The notes under the pieces are model-generated. The model was not told the DNA's origin and ran no database searches. It was given only the letters and a program-made list of their open reading frames with translations. This document shows, piece by piece, positions 59,854 to 64,000 of a stretch of 64,000 bases of DNA. Numbering within the stretch: position 1 is the first letter of the stretch; every line of letters begins with the position of its first letter. The position numbers and the translations under genes are program-made. The DNA is taken from NCBI GenBank assembly GCA_018402585.1, contig JAGYIO010000003.1, forward strand, positions 140,386 to 204,385, written 5' to 3'. This DNA is from Chthoniobacterales bacterium. GTDB lineage: Bacteria; Verrucomicrobiota; Verrucomicrobiia; Chthoniobacterales; JACTMZ01.

Positions 59854-62757
59854 ATGTTGCCTTCCTCCGAACCCAGCGCCATCCGCGTCAAAGGTGCCCG
59901 CCAGCACAACCTGAAAAATATCGACGTGGTCATACCGCGCAACCGGTTTGTCGTCCTCACCGGCCCGAGCGGCTCGGGAAAATCCTCCCTCGCCTTCGAC
60001 ACCCTCTATGCCGAGGGGCAGCGGAAATATGTCGAAAGCCTCTCGGCCTACGCGCGCCAATTTCTCGACCGCCTCGAGCGTCCCGACGTGGATTTTGTCG
60101 AAGGACTTTCCCCTGCCATCGCGATCGAACAACGCACCGCCTCGGCCGGCCCGCGTTCGACCATCGCGACGACCACGGAAATCTACGACTACCTCCGCAT
60201 CCTCTACTCCGCCCTCGGTGTGCCGCACGATCCGGAAACAGGGGAGTTGGTCCGCCGCCAGACTCCGCAGGAAATCACCGATGCCATCCTCGCCTTTCCC
60301 CCCGAAAGTAAACTCGTCCTCCTTGCCCCCGTGGTACGCAACCAAACCGGAGAGTTCCGCGACATCATCGAAAAACTCCGCCGCGAGGGTTTCGTCCGCG
60401 CCCGCATCGACGGTGAGATCACCGACCTCGGCGGGGAGACCCGCATCCGCCTGGAAAAAAAACGCCGGCATCGAATCGAAGCCGTGGTCGACCGGCTCAT
60501 ACTCAAACCCGGTCTCCGCCAACGCCTCGCCGATTCGGTCGAAACCGCTTTGCGCTGGGGCGAAGGACAGCTCGTGGCCTCAGTCCAATCTCCGGGTGTC
60601 AAGAAATTCAGCGACCACCCTTTTTCCACCGCCTTTTGCAATCCCCGCACCGGGTTCACTTTGCCGCGCCTGACCCCGCAGCATTTCTCCTTCAACAGCC
60701 ACCTCGGGGCCTGCCCGGGATGCCAGGGGCTCGGGACCGAACCTTACTTTGATCCGGACCTCATCCTTGATCTGGACAAATCCCTTGAGGACGGCGCCAT
60801 CGTGGCTTGGCGCAAGGGCACCCCGAAAATGGAGTCCTACTACGCGGCCTTGACCGCTGCCCTCGCGGCCGATGCCGGCGTGCGCACCGACTTGCCCTTG
60901 GGCAAACTGCCGCCAGCTTTCCGCGAACTTCTCCTCCACGGTTCCGGCGACCGCGCCCTTGGCCTCCAGTTCGGCACCGGGGCGGCGGGCCAAAAGATGG
61001 CCAAGCCCTTTGAAGGCCTGCTCGCGCAGCTCGCACATTTGCTCGCCCGGGCCAAAGGCGAATCGCTCAAGCAGCGCCTCAAAGCCCTGCAGAACCGCCG
61101 GCCCTGCGCCCGCTGCCACGGAGCCCGTCTCCGCCCCGAAATTCTCGGCGTCACCTTGATCACTTCGACCGGGGAGGAATATGCCATTGATACCCTTTGC
61201 AACCTGACCATCGCCCGCGCGTCCCAGGTCATCGGACAGCTCCGCTTGGCGGGTCAGGATGAAGCGATCGCGGGCGAAGTCGTGACCGAAATCGCCCGCC
61301 GCCTCGCCTTTCTCCAAGAAGTCGGCCTTGACTACCTCACCCTGACGCGCGAAAGCGGCACCCTCTCCGGCGGCGAAGCCCAGCGCATCCGCCTCGCCAC
61401 CCAAATCGGCAGCGGCTTGGCCGGCGTCCTCTACGTTCTGGACGAACCCAGCATCGGGCTGCACCAACGCGACAACGAACGCCTCATCGCCACCCTCAAA
61501 CGCCTCCGCGACCTCGGCAACTCGGTCCTTGTGGTCGAGCACGACCACGACACCATCGCGGCGGCGGACCACATCATCGACATCGGTCCGGGGGCCGGAC
61601 CGCTCGGCGGACGGATTGTGGCCCAAGGCACTCTGGCCGAAGTGACCGCCTCGCCGCAGTCCCTGACCGGACGCTATTTGGGGGGAGAACTCCGCATCCG
61701 CGTGCCGACCAAGCGCAACCAGCCCCTTACCCCCCGCGCGCTGGTCGCCGGCACATCCGACGGCTGGCTCAGCGTGACCGGGGCGCGCGAGAACAACCTG
61801 CAGAATGTGGACGCCCATTTTCCGCTCGGCACCTTTGTCTGCGTCACCGGCGTCTCCGGGAGCGGCAAATCGACCTTGGTCAATGACATCCTCCGCGCCG
61901 CCCTGGCCCGCGATCTTTACCGGGCCAAGGACACCCCCGGCGCCCACGACGCCATGCTCGGCGCCGGGCAAGTCCACCGCTTGGTGGTCGTGGACCAGTC
62001 GCCGATCGGCCGCACCCCGCGCTCCAATCCCGCGACCTACACCGGCGCTTTCGGCCCGATCCGCGAACTCTTCGCCCAAGTCCCCTCCGCCCGCGTGCGC
62101 GGCTACAGTGCGGGACGATTCAGCTTCAACGTCAAAGGTGGACGCTGCGAGCACTGTCAGGGGGACGGCTCGCTCAAGATTGAAATGCATTTTCTGGCCG
62201 ATGTCTTTGTTACCTGCGACGTCTGCCGCGGACGCCGCTACAACCGCGAAACCCTTGAAATCACTTACAAGGGAAAAAATATCGCCGACGTGCTCGCCCT
62301 CACCGTCGACCAAGCGCTCTCCTTTTTTCGCGCTGTCCCCAAGGTGGCCGACAAGCTAGCCACCATGCAGGAGGTCGGCCTCGGTTACCTTACCCTCGGA
62401 CAATCGGCCAGTACCCTCTCCGGCGGGGAGGCCCAGCGGATCAAACTTTCCACGGAGCTGAGCAAACGCGGGGGGTCCAAGACCCTCTACATTCTTGACG
62501 AACCGACCACCGGCCTCCATGTCTCGGACGTCGACACCTTAATGCAAGTGCTCATGAAACTGCGGAATGCAGGCAACACTCTCATCGTGATCGAGCACAA
62601 CATGGACGTGATCAAATGCGCCGACTGGATCCTCGACCTCGGGCCGGGCGGAGGCGAACATGGGGGTCTGCTCGTTGCCGAGGGAACACCCGAAGCAGTG
62701 GCCAAAGTAAAAGCCAGCCACACCGGCTACTACCTCGGTAAAGTTCTCGGAAGATGA
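59854..62757 (+). CDS. uvrA: Excinuclease ABC subunit A
   Basis: Motifs present: IRVKGARQHNLKNIDV, GPSGSGKSSLAFDTLYAEGQRKYVESLSAYARQF, two ABC modules and zinc-finger Cys motifs. Confidence 0.97.
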   Translation: MLPSSEPSAIRVKGARQHNLKNIDVVIPRNRFVVLTGPSGSGKSSLAFDTLYAEGQRKYVESLSAYARQFLDRLERPDVDFVEGLSPAIAIEQRTASAGPRSTIATTTEIYDYLRILYSALGVPHDPETGELVRRQTPQEITDAILAFPPESKLVLLAPVVRNQTGEFRDIIEKLRREGFVRARIDGEITDLGGETRIRLEKKRRHRIEAVVDRLILKPGLRQRLADSVETALRWGEGQLVASVQSPGVKKFSDHPFSTAFCNPRTGFTLPRLTPQHFSFNSHLGACPGCQGLGTEPYFDPDLILDLDKSLEDGAIVAWRKGTPKMESYYAALTAALAADAGVRTDLPLGKLPPAFRELLLHGSGDRALGLQFGTGAAGQKMAKPFEGLLAQLAHLLARAKGESLKQRLKALQNRRPCARCHGARLRPEILGVTLITSTGEEYAIDTLCNLTIARASQVIGQLRLAGQDEAIAGEVVTEIARRLAFLQEVGLDYLTLTRESGTLSGGEAQRIRLATQIGSGLAGVLYVLDEPSIGLHQRDNERLIATLKRLRDLGNSVLVVEHDHDTIAAADHIIDIGPGAGPLGGRIVAQGTLAEVTASPQSLTGRYLGGELRIRVPTKRNQPLTPRALVAGTSDGWLSVTGARENNLQNVDAHFPLGTFVCVTGVSGSGKSTLVNDILRAALARDLYRAKDTPGAHDAMLGAGQVHRLVVVDQSPIGRTPRSNPATYTGAFGPIRELFAQVPSARVRGYSAGRFSFNVKGGRCEHCQGDGSLKIEMHFLADVFVTCDVCRGRRYNRETLEITYKGKNIADVLALTVDQALSFFRAVPKVADKLATMQEVGLGYLTLGQSASTLSGGEAQRIKLSTELSKRGGSKTLYILDEPTTGLHVSDVDTLMQVLMKLRNAGNTLIVIEHNMDVIKCADWILDLGPGGGEHGGLLVAEGTPEAVAKVKASHTGYYLGKVLGR

Positions 62758-64000
62758 AATCCGCCGTCTTACTCTGGCTCGCGCTCTCCGCCGCCTCGCT
62801 CGCAGCCGCTCCGTCTGCCGCGGACAAAGCCGGCGCCGCGCTCCGCGAGGGAATGCCGCAAGCTGCCCTGGCCCCGCTCGAAGAGGCACTGGGCAAAGCT
62901 CCCGCCGGGGAAAAAAATGCCCTCGGATTGCTCCTCGCGCGGGTGCAACTGGCCGCTGGCCGCCCAGAAGATGCGCTTAAGACACTCGACGGTCCCTGCG
63001 ACCGGGGTTCAGGCGAAGCAATTTTCCTCCGGGCTGCCGCTTTTGCGGCGCAAGGCAGCCTTGAAATGGCCGCCAAATTGGCCGCCCCGCAGGCCGCGGA
63101 GAACCCTGAGGCCGCCCTCCTCCTCGCCCGCATTCGCGCCGAACAGGGCAACACCGAGGCCGCTCGCGCCCTTCTGCCCCCGCCCGCGGAGCCCTTGCCC
63201 ACCGACCCCAATACCTTGCGTTTACTTCTCGACCTGCAACTTTCGGCCGGCGATCCCGCCACGGCCGAGTCCCTGATCAACTCCGCCCGCCAAGAGCAAC
63301 TCCTGCCCGCGCCCGAACTTGAGGTCGCCCTCGGCCGCGTCCGCCTGGCCGAAAACCGGCCCTCCGAAGCCTCAGAAATCTTCCGCAACATTCTCGCCAC
63401 GGGGCAGCCCCCAGCACCCGTCCGGGAGAATGCGCGGCTCGGATTAGCCCGGTCTCTGCTCGTGCTCGGCGTCGACGCCCGGGCCCGCGAGGTCCTGCGT
63501 GAAGGTCTCGGCGAGGCACCCGATGCTTTGACCACTCGCGAGAGCATGGAGCGATGGGTCGCCTTGGAAGGCCAGCTGGGCGCCGATCCCTCGGCGGACC
63601 TGAAGAGGTGGGCCGAAAACACCGGGAGCCGCCGCGCCTTGGAGGCCCGCCTGCAACTGGCCCGCCTCGACCTTGATCTCAAACGCCCCGACGCCGCCAT
63701 CAGTGTCTTGGCCGAAGTCGCCGCGGATCCGAACCTCGGACCCGACGAAGCCCTGCGCGCGCGTCTCCTTCTAGCCGAGGCTCGCATCGCCGCCGGTCAG
63801 ACTAAGGAAGCACTGGAACTGCTTGAGACCATCCCCCCGGTGGAAACCGGCCCGGCATCCGCTTACCGGCTGGCCGACCTGCGCGGGCGCGCCCTGGCCG
63901 CCACCGCAGCGCACCGCCGCGCTTACGATTCGTTCACCGCGGCGGTCCAAGCCGCCCGCTCACCGGAGGAAAAATCCGCCGCCGCGGCGAACTGCCTCGT
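62754..64000 (+). CDS. Secreted TPR-like helical-repeat protein, 3'-partial, absent from the ORF track
   Basis: ATG 62754 forms an ATGA overlap with the uvrA stop. Hand translation gives MKSAVLLWLALSAASLAAAPSAADKAGAALREGMPQAALAPLEEALGK..., which stays open to the window end. It has a signal peptide and A/L/R-rich helical repeats. The listed minus ORF 62612..63787 is its shadow. Confidence 0.7.
   Translation, partial: MKSAVLLWLALSAASLAAAPSAADKAGAALREGMPQAALAPLEEALGKAPAGEKNALGLLLARVQLAAGRPEDALKTLDGPCDRGSGEAIFLRAAAFAAQGSLEMAAKLAAPQAAENPEAALLLARIRAEQGNTEAARALLPPPAEPLPTDPNTLRLLLDLQLSAGDPATAESLINSARQEQLLPAPELEVALGRVRLAENRPSEASEIFRNILATGQPPAPVRENARLGLARSLLVLGVDARAREVLREGLGEAPDALTTRESMERWVALEGQLGADPSADLKRWAENTGSRRALEARLQLARLDLDLKRPDAAISVLAEVAADPNLGPDEALRARLLLAEARIAAGQTKEALELLETIPPVETGPASAYRLADLRGRALAATAAHRRAYDSFTAAVQAARSPEEKSAAAANCL

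Noticed and set aside
60580-63787. Minus-strand ORFs 60580..62313 and 62612..63787
   Set aside because: They are shadows of uvrA and of the unlisted TPR-like gene respectively.
1-64000. Scan for tRNA, rRNA, tmRNA, RNase P, SRP RNA and purine riboswitches in intergenic regions
   Set aside because: No cloverleaf-compatible segment or conserved core motif of these RNAs was recognised by eye. Dedicated tools (tRNAscan-SE, Infernal/Rfam) would be needed to exclude them formally.

Overview
High-GC bacterial chromosomal window. The G+C content was judged by eye and not computed. Protein signatures suggest a Verrucomicrobiota (Opitutales-like) organism, which is an inference. These signatures are a PEP-CTERM anchor, autotransporter-associated beta-strand-repeat proteins, a prepilin-like H-X9-DG protein, and C/A-rich leaders without Shine-Dalgarno sequences. 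About 50 protein genes are supported.

Layout:
(1) 0-20 kb is a glycan-utilisation region. It holds a 5'-partial CBM protein, TetR, SDR, GH3, two paralogous beta-helix surface proteins flanking a GH30, a pseudopilin-like protein, a sugar-porter MFS, a frameshifted methyltransferase and a GH13.
(2) 20-31 kb is housekeeping (CNNM/CBS, SIMPL, DASS transporter, mutS, dapF, dapA, dapB). It is interrupted by a low-GC orphan two-gene cassette and by a DUF2726-STAS gene bracketed by ~171-bp direct repeats.
(3) 31-37 kb is a 1872-aa multidomain S8 protease.
(4) 37-54.6 kb is a combined ureide (purine) and reductive-pyrimidine catabolic supercluster. It holds aceB, two M20 amidases, ureidoglycine aminohydrolase, CHAD, HIU hydrolase, OHCU decarboxylase, preT/preA, mmsA, dihydropyrimidinase, an NCS1 permease, an aminotransferase and xdhC.
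(5) 54.6-64 kb holds an unlisted 47-aa secreted Cys-rich peptide gene coupled to a 76-aa ORF, then lepB, HAD, a guanine-deaminase-like gene, a transglutaminase-like protein, uvrA and an unlisted 3'-partial TPR ORF.

No rRNA, tRNA or CRISPR array was recognised.

The least expected content is non-coding. There is a 227-bp MITE-like element in three copies, one of which supplies the mutS stop codon. There are also several families of intergenic palindromes, one with compensatory stem changes around a fixed TGTCAG loop. Two short conserved boxes are shared between functionally related promoter or leader regions.

All functional calls rest on motif recognition by eye. No searches were run.
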